From: Lama guanicoe
Lineage: Eukaryota
NCBI GenBank assembly: GCA_013239625.1
Contig: MU053559.1
Location: forward strand, 2,276,324 to 2,340,323
DNA: 64,000 bases
Reading direction: 5' to 3'
The position numbers and the translations under genes are program-made. The notes under the pieces were generated by a model, which saw only the letters and a program-made list of their open reading frames with translations, ran no database searches and was not told where the DNA came from. Positions within the stretch are counted from its first letter, which is position 1. Each line of letters opens with the position of its first letter. Of the stretch, positions 40,129 to 53,015 are shown piece after piece.

Positions 40129-40361
40129 AATATGATTAGATTAAACTTGTAGTTTATTTAGAAAAGAACATGGAATCATCTTGGAAGCAAGTTGGCCAAA
40201 CAGAACAAGGGCAGGTTCAGCATAGTTTGCGAAGCTTATCCTTCCAGCCTCCTCCCCAGCATCCCTTGGAAGCTGCAAATGACACAGAACATGCACAGCT
40301 GGGGTGTTTTGTTTGTTTTCTTTCTTGACCTGAGAAATTCATTAAAAAAAAAAACCTACAC

Positions 40362-40721
40362 ATTGCCAGAGCTTAGGACCTGGGTGGGAGGGTATGGAGA
40401 GAGAAGGACATGGGTGTAACTATAAGGGAGTAGCAATGGGGTATTTGTGGTGATGGAGCAGATCTGTGTCTTGATTCTGGAGTTGATACACAGTTCTACA
40501 CATAATAAAATTGCATAGAACTTTAGACATACACAAGTGCACGTGAAACTGGCAAAATCTGAGTACAATTTGTAGATTGTACAAATGTCAATTTCCTCAT
40601 TTTGTTATAATTATTAAGATGTCACCATTAGGGGAAGCTGGATAAAGAGTACATGGCACTTCTTTGTACTTCTTTTTAAACTTACTGTGAGTCTATAATT
40701 ATTTCAAAATAAAACAATAAT
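40362..40721 (+). mobile_element. L1MC-type 3' UTR end
   Basis: GGGTGTAACTATAAGGG...GATGTCACCATTAGGGGAAGCTGG...GTGAGTCTATAATTATTTCAAAATAAAA. Confidence 0.8.
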
Positions 40722-41031
40722 AAACTTATTTACAAAACGGAAACAGACTCACAGACATAGAAAAGTAACTATGGTTTCCAGGTGGGAAATGGGGTGGGAA
40801 GGGATAAATTGGGAGTTCGAGATTTGCAGATACTAACTACCATATATAAAATAGATAAACTGTATAATGCAGGGAACTATATTCCATATCTTGTAGTAAC
40901 CTATAATGGAAAAGAACATGAAAAGGAATATATATATAGAGAGAGAGATAACTGAAACATTATGCTGTACACTAGAAATTGACACAACATTGTAAACTGA
41001 CTATACTTAATTAAAAAGGAAAGGAAAAAAA
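40722..41031 (+). mobile_element. Young camelid-type L1 3' end inserted in the A-rich tail of the L1MC
   Basis: AACTTATTTACAAAACGGAAACAGACTCACAGACATAGAAA...GAAATTGACACAACATTGTAAACTGACTATAC with an A-rich tail. Confidence 0.9.
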
Positions 41032-42544
41032 CTATACCCCAGTACCAATGAAGAAGAATTTATACAAATGTATGCCCTTAAAGGGAACTATTTGGAGATA
41101 TCTTAAAATATTAGAGGCAAGCTGGAGAGTAGATACGCAAGCAATTCTTGAGGAAACTCAGCATTAGCAAGACCCCATCCTCATTTAAAGGAAAATACAG
41201 AGTGAGTGTGAACGTGTCCCTGGACATTCTCGGCATCCATCAGCCCAGTGTCCTTGAAAGCCTGTTTCCTTATAGCGTCCACAGGCTTCAGTAGAAGACA
41301 CCTTCTTCTGGAGTGGCTCTGATCCTATGTTTGGTCAAAAGACCATCTGGTGTTAAATTTTAAAATACTCTCCCAAATGTTTGACCTTAGTGTTTATGGA
41401 ATATAGCAATGTTGATATCCAAATGAGTTTTTTTATAGAAGCCATTTATTATTCTTGCAACCAGTAATATTCCTGTTCACATCACACTTTTTCAGTTCTA
41501 AGCAATTCCTGACCCACGTAAGTGATACAGAAACTTGCACTTTTAAAGAGTTTGCCCTCTCACTTTGCATATGGTCCTTCTCCCAGTAATTTGCTTTGTT
41601 TCTTTGTAATGAGGCACAGTAGGATTCTGTTTAGTGGGGAGTGGTTTAGTTATAGAAGTTTCAGAGACTCTTACAAGATGCTCAAGACCTTCATGCAGCC
41701 TTATGGTGGATGCTACGAGGACCATGGTGCTTGGTCTAAGTTTATTTGCAGAAAACACTTTTTTAGCATCTGAATGGCAAACAGAAGTGCGTTCAAGAGA
41801 CCAGTAATTGGAAACAGAGTGATAGTATGTCCCCAAGGTAGAAATAGCTAAATAATTCATTTTCATTCATAAAATAAAAGAATATAATATGTGACCAAAA
41901 GGAGTAAGCTGAATATTCTCCATTTATTCAGTTGTCACTCCAAGTTGCTGTGTAAAGAAAGATTTTTTTTGGTACAAAGATAATAAACCCAGAAATTTTT
42001 ACCCCAGCAGTCCTCGGTGAGCCGTAACCATTGTGAAAGCAGCCACCAAAAAGGATTTAGCCCATAAGCTGAGGAAGGCTTAGCTCACATGCCCCAAGTT
42101 CTACTCCTTGCCCTGAAATTTCCTTTAGCAAGATTGTGTTCTGCTTGTTTGGCAGCTGAGTCAAAGTTAAAGGATCATCAGTTTTATGAGTTCTTGAAGT
42201 ATTTAGTCCTTTTGGCAAACTGGATTTTTCTCATTTGAACTCAGCTCAGATGCAAGAAGTTTGGTTGAAGTCTGAGCTTTTTTTTTTTTTGGTAACTTCT
42301 TATGTTTGTTACGTGGCTTACATGGCCTCTGGTCAAAGTTACCATGTGGGCTTATGTTTGATCTCTTGTAAAAATGTTCTTCTCGCCTTTTCCAATGACT
42401 GAAACTGCACACAGCCTTTGGTCCATCAATATTCACATTTTAATCAGTCCCAAGAGTAAACATAGAACTGAAGAAAATTTTTAACCTGTAACATACATAT
42501 CTCAGCTGATGGTATGCATTTCTAAAGTTGTAATCAGGTTAAGA

Positions 42545-43017
42545 TGTATGTCAGATGTTTTGCCTATATTTTCTTCTAGGAGGTTTATTTTATCTTGTCT
42601 TAAGTTTAAGTCTTTGATCCATTTAGAGTTTATTTTTGTGTGTGGTGTAAGGGAGTGTTCTAGCTTCATTGCTTTACATGCTGCTGTCTAGTTTTCCCAA
42701 CATCATTTGCTGAAGAGACTGTCTTTATTCCATTGTATGTTCTTGCCTCCTTTGTCAAAGATCAGTTGACCAGGAGTTTGTGAGTTCATTTCTGGGCTCT
42801 CTGTTCTGTTCCATTGGTTCATATGTCTGTTTTTGTACCAATACTATGCTGTCTTGATGACCATAGCTCTATAGAATTGTCTGAAGTCTGGGAGAATTAT
42901 TCCTCCAGACTCTTTCTTTCTCTTCAGTAATGCTTTGGCAATTCTAGGCTTTTGTGGTTCCATATAAATTTTATTATGATTTGTTCTAGTTCTGTGAAAT
43001 ATGTCCTGGCTAATTTG
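42545..43017 (-). mobile_element. Relatively young L1 ORF2 internal fragment with no 3' UTR or poly(A)
   Basis: Reverse translation: FTELEQIIIKFIWNHK / [41 protein letters not shown]...[20 protein letters not shown]...[11 protein letters not shown]. Confidence 0.93.
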
Positions 43018-43557
43018 AGTGAAAGGGAAAACATGGAGTGTTTTAAAATCCAAGTCCTGATGCCATTTGCTGGAAGATTTATAGCGAAAAAAAAAAATCC
43101 CTCTGCAGAAATTTGACAATCAACTTACCCTCTGTTCTGCACTATACATACTTAAGATATGTTTAAAGTCTTTGGGCTACTTTCCAATATCACAAGGACC
43201 CAGTTTTGTTGGTTTCTCTGTTTATTTTAAGGTCCCATTTTCAAAACAACCTCATAGCTGGCAAGAAACTGAAGAATTAGAAAATGAACTTTAGAGCATA
43301 TTATATAAGTTCCTTTTAAAAAATATTACCTATTCAAGCTCCTTTAGATCCAGGGAGGCCAGCAATTCACAGATAGAGAGCATTGCTCTCATTTTACGGA
43401 TGAGATCCTGCTGCTAAACCAAGGTATGTATCTGCTTTTAGCAAAATAACTTTAAAGAAGAGTAATCATAAGCTGGAGTGTATCAAAATGATATGGCTAT
43501 ATAGCTCTCATTTTGAATATTTTTGTTAGCACATAAGAAATGTGAAGAAAAGAAAAA

Positions 43558-43900
43558 GTACATATATATATATACGAATTATAATATATAGTATTATAAT
43601 ATGTAACAATTATATAGTTATATGTGATACATATAATTCTGATATATATCAGATATATGTTGTATAGTTATATCTGATAATATATATAATATGTTCCATA
43701 TATAAATGTATAAAAATATAATGTATTATATATTTTTATAATAGATATGCAATATATACTATATTATATATTATCAGATATAACTATATAATATATGGTT
43801 ATATATTTTACAGTTCTACAGTTATATCTGCTATATATGTTATACAATTATATCTGACAGATATATTATCAGATACAACTATATGTATATATAAAACTAT
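43558..43900. repeat. AT-rich degenerate (TA)n tract with internal inverted repeats
   Basis: Recurrent TTATATCTG units occur together with their reverse complement CAGATATAA. Confidence 0.85.
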
Positions 43901-44267
43901 TATTAAGGCTAATTTGACTACTTGCACTCTGAACATTCCTAGTCTGCATTCTTAAGAATAACACCAAAAAATGTATATGAGCCTTGAAAGCTACACAAAT
44001 TTCATCGAGAACTAACTTCAAGAATTCAATTCAGCAGACCTTTATTGATGCCTGCCACGTACAAGGCACTGTGCCAGATGCTAAGGAGGTATTGCATTGC
44101 CTTTAACAAACAATCCTTAAATCTCAGTAACTAAACACTTCAGTCACAGGCCAATGTAGTCAGCAAGCGTTGGCAGGATAGTGAGTTGACCCAAGCTTTC
44201 TCCAGCCATGTGACCCACTGACGGCAGTCTCACCAAACCCAGCCTGAGTTGAAGATGGTGGAGTAAA

Positions 44268-45140
44268 TTAGTCAGGGTAAGTTATGCACAGTGGTGTGCT
44301 GGAATTCGTTCATACAGGCTCACAAGAGCCAGTGGTTAGCACCACTTCCCGACTCTGTGTTCAGTGACATCACTTTGGTAGCTTGAAATTGGCCACGGTG
44401 CGAGTGTTTATACCACGGAAATCAGTAAACTCTACAAATCAGGGTGTTTTGTTTTCTTTTCTTTTGTTTCATTTGGAGATCCAGTTGCTAAACATTTACC
44501 AGCACACAACTGGGTGTATGAGCTGCTTTTACAAACAATCCCAGCCTCTCAGTGACTTGACGCAATACATTTTTATTTCTTGCTCACATCACCGTATAAT
44601 ACCAGTTGACAGGGGTTGCAGCTCCAGGCAAAACCCAGAGATCCAGTTCCTTTCACTGCGGGATCCCACTGTCTTCATGTAGCTTCACAGTTACCTTGGG
44701 ACATCTGCTTACAGACCGGAGGTAGGTGGAGAAAACTCAGAGAAGGCGCACCACCTCTGAATTTTTAATACCTCAACCCCAAAGTGACCCTTCACTTCCG
44801 TGCACTCCAGGTACTGAGAACTAATCACAAAGCCCCATCTAGAAGCAAGAGACAGCAAATGCTTGACAGTGGAGGATAGCAGAGGACGTGACGCCTTAAA
44901 GTGCTTCAAGGGCTCAGAAAACGTTTTCTTTTTCTTTCCTGGATTCAGGAAGAACTCATTACATGAAACAAGCCCCACTCAGGTGATGTAAATTTGACCA
45001 TTCTATTGATCAAAACAAGCCACAAGATTAGCTCAGATTCAAGAGGAGGGGAAAATATGTCACCTCTTGGTGGGAAAAACAGCAAGGTCACGTTGCAAAG
45101 GGGCATGGACACAGGAAAGTATGATTTTTAATAATCTGCC
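44268..45140 (-). mobile_element. Old MLT1 (J/K/L-like) LTR fragments
   Basis: TTAGTCAGGGTAAGTTATGC...ACAAACAATCCCAGCCTCTCAGTGACTT...TTTATTTCTTGCTCAC, with further MLT1-like pieces near 44090-44140 and 45000-45140. Confidence 0.6.
44289..44512. mobile_element. MER63-like hAT (Blackjack) MITE nested in the MLT1 LTR
   Basis: Terminal inverted repeats CAGTGGTGTGCTGG and CCAGCACACAACTG; internal TTGGTAGCTTGAAATTGGCCACGGTG. Confidence 0.85.
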
Positions 45141-45399
45141 CCAACACTCCTCCAGCAGGATTCAAGCAACCCAGCCTGCTCTCTGTTCTTGAAGCCATTT
45201 TGTGACTTTGGTTATCTGTGATGCCAGCCCTAGAGATCACTGTAAAGTAATTTGCCTGGTGCCTGCAAGACATGGGGAGAACCCCAGATTCTTCCCCAGC
45301 TTAAATCTGCTGGCCCAGTCTTAGGTCTCGACTTTCTCTGTGTTTTGTGTTCCACTCATTTGTCTACTGGTCATTTCCTCTTTAACGGACTACTGGCTT

Positions 45400-46185
45400 C
45401 TTTTTTTTTTAATTGAGGTATAGTTGATGTACAATATTATACAAGTTGCAAGTGTGCAACATAGCTATTTCAAATTTTTTAAAGTGATACTCCATTTATA
45501 GTTATTATAAACTATTGGTTATATTCCCTATGTTGTACAATATATCCTGGTAGCTTATTTATTTTATACATAATAGTTTGTACTTCTTAATCCACTACCC
45601 CAACTTGCGTCTCCCCCTTCCTTCTCCCCACTGATCTGAAATGAGTCTCTTATAGGCAGGATATATTCAGGTCTTATTTTTGTATCCATTCAGCTACTCT
45701 ATGTCTTTTGATTGGAACATTTAATCCATTTACATTTAAGGTAATTGTAGATATGTATGTTCTTATTGCCATTTTGTTCACTGTTTTGGGGTTGTTTGGT
45801 ATATATTTTTTCCCTTTCTTCTTTTGTTCTCTTCTCTTGTGATTTAATGGCTATCTTTAGTATTATGTTTGGATTCCTTTTTCTTTTTTATGTGCATCAG
45901 TTATAGAATTTTGATTTGAAGTTACCATGAGATTTTTATATAGCAATCTATGTATATATGTGATTATTTTTAAGTTGCTGATGTCTTAATTTCAGATGCA
46001 TTTTAACAACCCTGCATTTGCACTCTCTTCTCACATTTACTCTTTCTGATATCATATTTTACATCTAGTTTTTTTGTGTATCCCTTAACTGCCTATTGTG
46101 GTGGTAGATGATTTTACTACTTTTGTCTTTTAATCTTCCTACTAGCTTTGTGTGTGGATGATTTCCTACCTTTATTGTATGTCAG
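45400..46185 (-). mobile_element. Internally deleted L1: inter-ORF spacer and first 46 ORF2 codons joined to the 3' UTR and poly(A)
   Basis: The minus-strand ATG at 45772 gives MAIRTYISTITLNVNGLNVPIKRHRVAEWIQK*DLNISCL*ETHFR. It is followed directly by the 3' UTR CAGTGGGGAGAAGG... and poly(A) at ~45400-45410. Confidence 0.85.
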
Positions 46186-47553
46186 GCTGCTGAGTCCTTG
46201 AAAGCAAGATCTGAGTCTTTCCTGCCTATAAATCTCCAACAGTGCCAAGCGCAGCTTTGCACATACCAGGCTTCAATAAATGTTAATTCAAATTGACCAT
46301 CCCAATTTTGATCAAACTTTTCTTCTTGATCTACCCCAATAGAGACTTATTTCTGATAATCATTCTGATTATTGTTCTGATTATCATTCAAGAAAAGAAA
46401 GCAAATAAAATAATACAGAGATCTTCTAGAGAATTCCTAAAAACTATCCTTTGTTTCCAGCCACACTCTTTCGCACAGGCAAATATCATCCTTCATCTGG
46501 TATCTATGCCTGTGGTCAGGCTTCTAAGAGCAGCCCAAGGAAGGCCAAATACTTAGTGGGTACTGGATAGGGCAACTGGAAGAATTGAAATCAAAATGTT
46601 CCACAATTGGTTTCTCAAAAAACACAAAGGAATGGATCCTTAATATTGTAAAGGGCTATGAGCGTGAGGAAAAAAAAACATACAAAAACAAGGTAAGAAG
46701 AAACAGCTGGCATAGTATTGCTCAGTCACACACATGCCTCTGTCCTCCGACCTCAACCTGAAGTGGCTGTAGATTATGGAAGCCATTAGGGAGATTGTTG
46801 TAATTCCAATTATATTCTACCTGATTCTAGTGCTGCCTCATGACTCCGTCAGCCAGAAAAAAAAAAAGTGTGTCAGTACATTCACTGCTAATTCTCAGGC
46901 AGTCTTTGTCCTTTAGATGTCTTTGTAGACGACCCCTCCACTCTGGTGAGCTCCTGCTCATTCCAACACAAGGTGGTTCCAAATGAGTTCAAGTTCACCC
47001 ACCAAATTGAGTTGGATATTCATACAATTTTAATTTCTCCCATTTTCCATCTCAACTCGTGATTTGGGAAATTAGCCAGGCTTCTCAGTCTGCTTGTCTA
47101 TGAAGTTGGTCTATCCATCCACATAAAAGAGAAAATCTGTGGAGAACATGGAGATTTATTTTTCAGAGATGACCCAGCTTGAGTCAGATTTTTATGCCTC
47201 ACCCATTCCCAGGAGCTGAGAGATGCTTGTGGAGGGGTAGCTTCTTCCAGCCCAAGGATCTCTCTGGGACAGAAACAGCCCACCTTTCATCTTCCTTCTA
47301 GCTTATTCATGTCTCACTGCTCACGTTTTACTTTGCTATGTAATTGTTTGTTTTTCTTTTTCATTAGCAGTTGGAGGTTTAGTTATTTTTACATGTAGTG
47401 AGTTATTTGCATTTGCATTAAAAACCATTGAAATCAATGAATGGGTGCACATCTATGTGAACTATTTATCATAAATCATTGTTTCAAAGCAAAACACAGA
47501 AGAATTATCTGTAGAAACTCCATACTTCCACCATATAATTGCTATAGTTTTAA

Positions 47554-47719
47554 ATTTTTATTTTTTTATTATTTATTTATTTATTTTGGGGGCTGGGGAA
47601 GTAATTAAGTTTATTATTTATTTATTTATTTATTTATTAATGGAGGTACTGGGGATTGAACCCAAGACCCTGTGCATGCCAAGTGCAGTGCTCTACCATT
47701 GAGCTATATCTTACTCCCC
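47554..47719 (-). mobile_element. Vic-1-like tRNA-derived SINE with a 17-bp TSD
   Basis: GGAGGTACTGGGGATTGAACCC...CTCTACCATTGAGCTATA. TSD AATTGCTATAGTTTTAA (47537-47553) and AATTGCTATATTTTTAA (47722-47738). Confidence 0.92.
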
Positions 47720-47738
47720 AGAATTGCTATATTTTTAA

Positions 47739-48420
47739 TAGCTGTATTGAGGTATATTTCACATAAAATCTGCTGCATAGATGTAAATTATGCAGTTTGA
47801 TAAATTTTCACATATATATACCTGTGAAACCATCCTTATAATCAAGATAGTGAACTTAGCCATCACCTCCAAAACTTTCCTCCTGACCTTTGATAATGTC
47901 TCCTTCCCACTCCGTGTAGCCCTGCTCATCCCTACCCATCCCTAGACTGGTAGGACCAGGCACTGTGCACTCTTCCTGGCTCTGTGTGAACACTGGACTC
48001 TGTTCCTTCTAACCTTTTGGGGTGGTCCTTTGCCCAGCCTTGCGTAGTTTCCTCATGCACATAGTGATCAGTACTCTGCTGAATACTTAAGCGGGGGCCT
48101 TCTGAGTTTTTTTCTCTGTATACCTCTCTTATCTCTACACTGTGAGCTCTAGTTGCCTTGACCTCTCAGCCCCATGTCTTCAACTCAAGGAGTCTTCTGC
48201 CCCCTCCCCGAGTTGTACTTCCCTGCACTGTGACCTGGATACCTTCTCTAGACAGCAAGCAGGAGTGATTGTAGAACCTACTTCCCCTCAGGGATCACTG
48301 TCTTTATTTGCCTGCTGTCCGATGTCTTAAAAAACCATTTTTTCATCTATTTTGTCCAATTCCTTAGTTGCTGAAGATGATAAGAAGATAAATCTTCTCC
48401 CTGTTGTTCCATCTGGCCTC
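47739..48420 (-). mobile_element. L1M 3' end fragment followed by an old L1M 5'-region-like fragment
   Basis: GCTGTATTGAGGTATATTTCACATA...CCTGTGAAACCATC..AATCAAGATAGTGAAC, then from ~47945 GTAGTTTCCTCATGCACAT..GATCAGTACTCTGCTGAATAC. Confidence 0.6.
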
Positions 48421-48769
48421 GAAGAGGAAGTTGCTCATAGCACTTTTGTTTGCTGTGAAATATTTAAAAGGCAATACAATTTCCACTAATAAACTTGTAG
48501 GAAAATGTTTCTCATGAATTCAGTAAGCAGATTTGGAAGGGAAATTTAATTTCCCAACTTCTTAAATACAAGGGCGTAGGGCTGTTAAGAAGATTAACAA
48601 CATTCATTATAAGTACATTTGAAGGAAAATGGATGAATTGAATACAATTTAGAAGCTAGTCAATGAACAGACACGATTTCCAATTTTTTTCCCCTTTTCT
48701 CCAGTTTCTTATACAATTTCATCTCTAATGTCTGCCCACTCTCCAGAACAAAATTTTACCACCCAACCC

Positions 48770-49700
48770 ATCCATCTGTCCATCAATCCACTTATCAAAT
48801 GCTACTGAGAGCCAGGGATGAAATGAAAAGACAGGGCACCTCTTGCCAGGTTCTCACAAATGCTGAGTGAGTGTTCCATTATCATCTAGGTGTGAATAAA
48901 TGCTGAGGCAGAGTGGAGGGTGCAGTCATTAACTTGGGGTGAGTTTGGGGAACAGATCAAGGAAGGCCTCTCTCGGGAGGATACATTTGAAATGGGGATT
49001 GGAGAATACGTAGCATTTGGCTGGGCTGCGATGGGAGGGAGGAGGCCTTTGGGAGCGAGGTGAAGGGGCTGGACCCAGGTAACTGTGGCAAAAAGGTCAG
49101 CCATATTTCTAGAGTGGTGAAAAAATGACCGTGGCTGGAGTCTAGGGGATGGAGGGGATGTGACTTGGCAGGAAATTAGGCTGCAGAGGTAGCTGGGGCC
49201 AGGCTAAGAAGAACTGTGAGTGCCAAGCCAAGGAGTCTGGATTTTAATCTTCCAACAACCTGAAGTTTCAGAGCGAGGGAGTGGCATGATCAGATGTGGG
49301 TCCTGGACTCCTTCGGAGAGGAGAGTAGCAAGAGGGTTCTGCAGGAGGCTGATGAAGCCGTCCAAGAAAGGATATGCAGACCAAACCGAGAGACATTTCT
49401 GCCAGAGAATCTACAGTGTACGGTGACTAATTGCACACTAAGGATGAATGAGGGGGAGGCTTGAGAAGTGACTCTAGGTTTCCCAGTTGGAGAGAATTGG
49501 CAACTGTCATGTCATTAACTAAGATGGAGCCAGAAGTCTGAATAGGTTTAAATTATCTTTTAGTCCCACTGAGTTTGGAGTTTTTATGAGCCATTCAGGT
49601 GGAAAGTTATAGCAGCCAATTAGACCCCAAGAGAGAAGTCTGAGAGTCCATAGTTGTAGTTAGAATGATCAAAATTGGTTTGATCATAGTACATAAAATG
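48770..49700 (-). mobile_element. L2 LINE 3' region
   Basis: TCAAGGAAGGCCTCTC, GTGGCTGGAG, GAGTGCCAAGCCAAGGAGTCTGGATTTTA and GGGGAGTGGCATGATCAGAT are reverse L2 motifs. Confidence 0.75.
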
Positions 49701-50765
49701 AGAGGAAATAATGTGGTATTCTTTTCTTAAAAACTTTAATGAAGAATATTATACTTCAAATATCTATCAAACAAAGATATTCACACAGGCCAATTTCTAA
49801 GTATCCCAGAGCAAGAGATAAAATTCTGCCATAATATTCTCAGTGAGCAAAGGAATTTAAGGTATTCTCATCAGCCCTCATGCATCCTAGAATTTTATGT
49901 GGCACAATCATGTTCTTTAGCGAAAATGAAAATATCAGACACGAGGCATATATTGTCATAGACTTTCTAAGCAGTGACCATTGAAAGAGAAAAGTAAGGG
50001 AGTCGCTGTAGGAGATTCTTAAGAGTCATTACTGAGCCCTTTTTCAAAAGACTTGTTATTTTAAGGTCAGCTCTGATTTAAAATATTCCTGGTACTGAAT
50101 AAACAGAGGAACTTGGGTAAGCCTGAGTCAGCCTCACACCCTCAACTGACTTCATCAACCAAGACACATTCTAACTTGGCCATTTTATGAGCCTGTGAAA
50201 ATGAGATCTATTTGAGGAAGAAGTGATTTGGTGTGACCTTCAAGCAGTGGAAAAGAAAACACTTGCCACTTCAGGAGGACTTCCTCAGAGAAAGCTCTGC
50301 CCCAGACAGTAGAAACCCACTGGCATTTCTTAGGCTCCTGACATGTCAGAAAGATTGGCTACAACACTGGTATTCATGAGGACTCCTTGTTTGAGTATTA
50401 TTGGTGGACGACTTTGCTAGTGCCAGTTAGTTCGAAGCTCTTACCAAGTTCTTTCTTTCCTTAACTCTCTTAACTCTCCTGGTCCAAGGTGAGCAGTGTC
50501 ATAAATCATGAGGAGGCTCCTGGAAACTCTCTTCTCCAAGGCTACAAGATATGGGCAGAGAGAATGAAGAACACAGGTTTCTTGGCTCTTAATCCAGTCC
50601 CCCACACGTGGCGTGGTCGTATTCCTCTGTTCCGAAGTCAAGCATCCCATGGAATGATCACTCAGTTTTCAGATTGAGACAAGATTTGGCGGTTTGTGTG
50701 TCTCAGGGAAGTAGACCACCTCAAGAAACTTCATGTTTCTCTAGTGCCATCTAGTAGGAATGATT

Positions 50766-51032
50766 CTTTTTTAAAAAAATTAATTAAAGTAGAGTTGATT
50801 TACAATGTTGTGTTAGTTTCTGGTATACAGCGTAGTGATTCAGTTATACATACACATAGACATACATATATATTCTTTCATATTCTTTTTCATTATATGT
50901 TATTGTAAGTTATTTAATATTGTTCCCTGTGTTATACTTCTTGTTCATGTATTCTGTATATAGTAGTTTGTATTTGCTAGTCCCAAACTTCTAATTTATC
51001 CCTCCCTCTTGCTCCCCTTTGGTAACCATAAG
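50766..51032 (-). mobile_element. Cetartiodactyl-type L1 3' end
   Basis: AGTTGATTTACAATGTTGTGTTAGTTTCTGGTATACAGCGTAGTGATTCAGTTATACAT...CCCCTTTGGTAACCATAAGT. Confidence 0.9.
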
Positions 51033-51849
51033 TATGACTCATCCTTAAATACACCATAGATTACAAAATGGCCAGGATTTGCAATTTAAAAATTTTCTTC
51101 TTCATATTATTGGAAGTTATGTCAATGGAAATTTAAAAAATGCAATGATGAACTCTCTTCAGGAGCCTCTAGACTTGCAACCATAATCCTAAGAGACGGT
51201 AGTGTTGTCACTTCTTCCGAAATAACTGGAAGGTACTTGATAAGGTAGAAGGTGATCTTCAGGGATCTTAGAAATTCTTGGTAAGTGGAGCCTGTTCCTG
51301 GAATCCAGGGCTTTCTAGCTGCTGGGAAAAGAGTGCTTAAAAATGGTGGATGGGCAACTGTAGGCCACACCTCTGGATGTCCAGTGCCAGTCTTCCACAA
51401 TGAACTTTGACTGAAATACACCAAGTGCTCGATGGAGTAAAAGCCTTGAGCCACTGTATCCAAAATAAACTCTGGGTAATGATGAGTCATCTTAAGTGTG
51501 GTACAAAAAGTTAGGGGCAAAAGGTTAGGGACAAAAAAATCATACTCAAAAGACCACCATCTTTGTCCCAAACTGCTGCTGATCTCTGAACTTCTACCGT
51601 AGGTGACTCCCCAGCCTCCTTCCTTTTGGAATTTATGGAAGAAAATCAGGTGCTACCACCACAATGTGACTTAATTAATCAAACTGGTTCCCTAGTTATT
51701 ATCTGGGCCATTGGTTGTTAAGGAGAAGATAAGGAGCCCCAAGTGAAAAAAACCCTGTCTCCTTTGCAGTTTTGCATACTTATTATTTAGCTATGTTTGG
51801 GGATTCCTGATCACCTTACAATATGCTCCTTTTTCTGGTCATTTTATTA

Positions 51850-52030
51850 GATATTTACTATGTTCCAGATTTTGTGCTAAGCATTTTATGAATGATTCTT
51901 ACAAAAGATCCCGAGAAGTGGGTAGTATACATATTTTACAGATAAGGAAATGAGAAGTCCCTGAGGTTAAGTGACTTAATCAAGGTCGCCGAGACTCGGA
52001 TCCGGGTCTGTGTAACTCCACTGTCTTGTT
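51850..52030 (-). mobile_element. MIR SINE
   Basis: ATTTTACAGATAAGGAAA..GAGGTTAAGTGACTT..CAAGGTC. Confidence 0.75.
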
Positions 52031-52894
52031 CTGCCCAGACTTTTGTTACATTTTTAACCAGTCATAATGATGTTTTCCTCCATACTTAATCATAAAACCA
52101 TGGCTTCTCGTCAAATAACTTTCAAATGGTTTTCCACTAAATAATATTTAGGGTTCATACTCATTCATTCTGACGATTTAATTCAGTCTCCCTTTGGGCC
52201 AATTTCTGCCCCCATTTGCCTGGACAAAACTTTCGCTCCAGCCAAACTAAAATACTCCATGTTCCCACAGACCTCCCATATTTTCCAACGTGCATTCTTT
52301 TGCAAAAACAGAAAGATGAGGACAGTGTGTGGAAAGAGCTGCATGACATGCATCTCTTTGTTGGGACCAGCAGAAGCTGATGACAGTTTTTTAAGGAGGG
52401 CTGTGTCAGATATGAGACATTCAACAATAGCTTCATGTCTATGTGTATGACCCTGGAGGACAAAAGGCCATTCTCTCCATTCCTCCATAGAATTAATAAG
52501 GCTTCAATCCCAGGAGTCAAAAGAACCATGACGCCATCATGGCCTCTCCTATAGCACCTTTGGGTGCACCGCAGATAAATACCTGGGCGATAGATAGACC
52601 GTACATGCAGAAGGGGTGAAGGCTCTGTACAGCGGGCATGGCTGGGGTGCTGGCCCTTTCAAAACACTGGATAAAGACCAAACTGGAAGAATAAGAGAGG
52701 GCTGTGTATGAGCACCTGTAAAACACCCTTTAAAGTCCTGGGAGTAACTGAAATGACTTGGGAGGGGAAGAGTGTGGGGGCTGAAGTCCCAAAATTATCC
52801 AGAGTTCTCAAAGAAATATGAGTTCTCCCCATTCTGTGACTTCCCCCTCATTTGGACCAACCAACTGGTGGGATGTGGATAAGATTGAGTTATA

Positions 52895-53015
52895 CAATTC
52901 ATTCATTTGGGAGACATGTATTAAATAACTAAGATGTGCCAGGCATTATGCAAAGCTCTGAGGATCCATAGACAAATAAGACCCAGGCCTTGCCTTCAGA
53001 GGACTTACATCCAGG
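52895..53015 (-). mobile_element. L2 3' end
   Basis: ATTCATTCATTT...ATGTGCCAGGCATTATGCAAAGCTCTGAGGAT. Confidence 0.7.

Noticed and set aside
51122..51571. 149-aa minus-strand ORF
   Set aside because: No recognisable homology or splice context. Treated as a chance ORF.
52161..52726. Overlapping ORFs and a minus-strand acceptor-like TTTTACAG at ~52716 in unique sequence
   Set aside because: None of the frames resembles a known protein, and the pyrimidine tract is short. A non-coding exon cannot be excluded but is unsupported.
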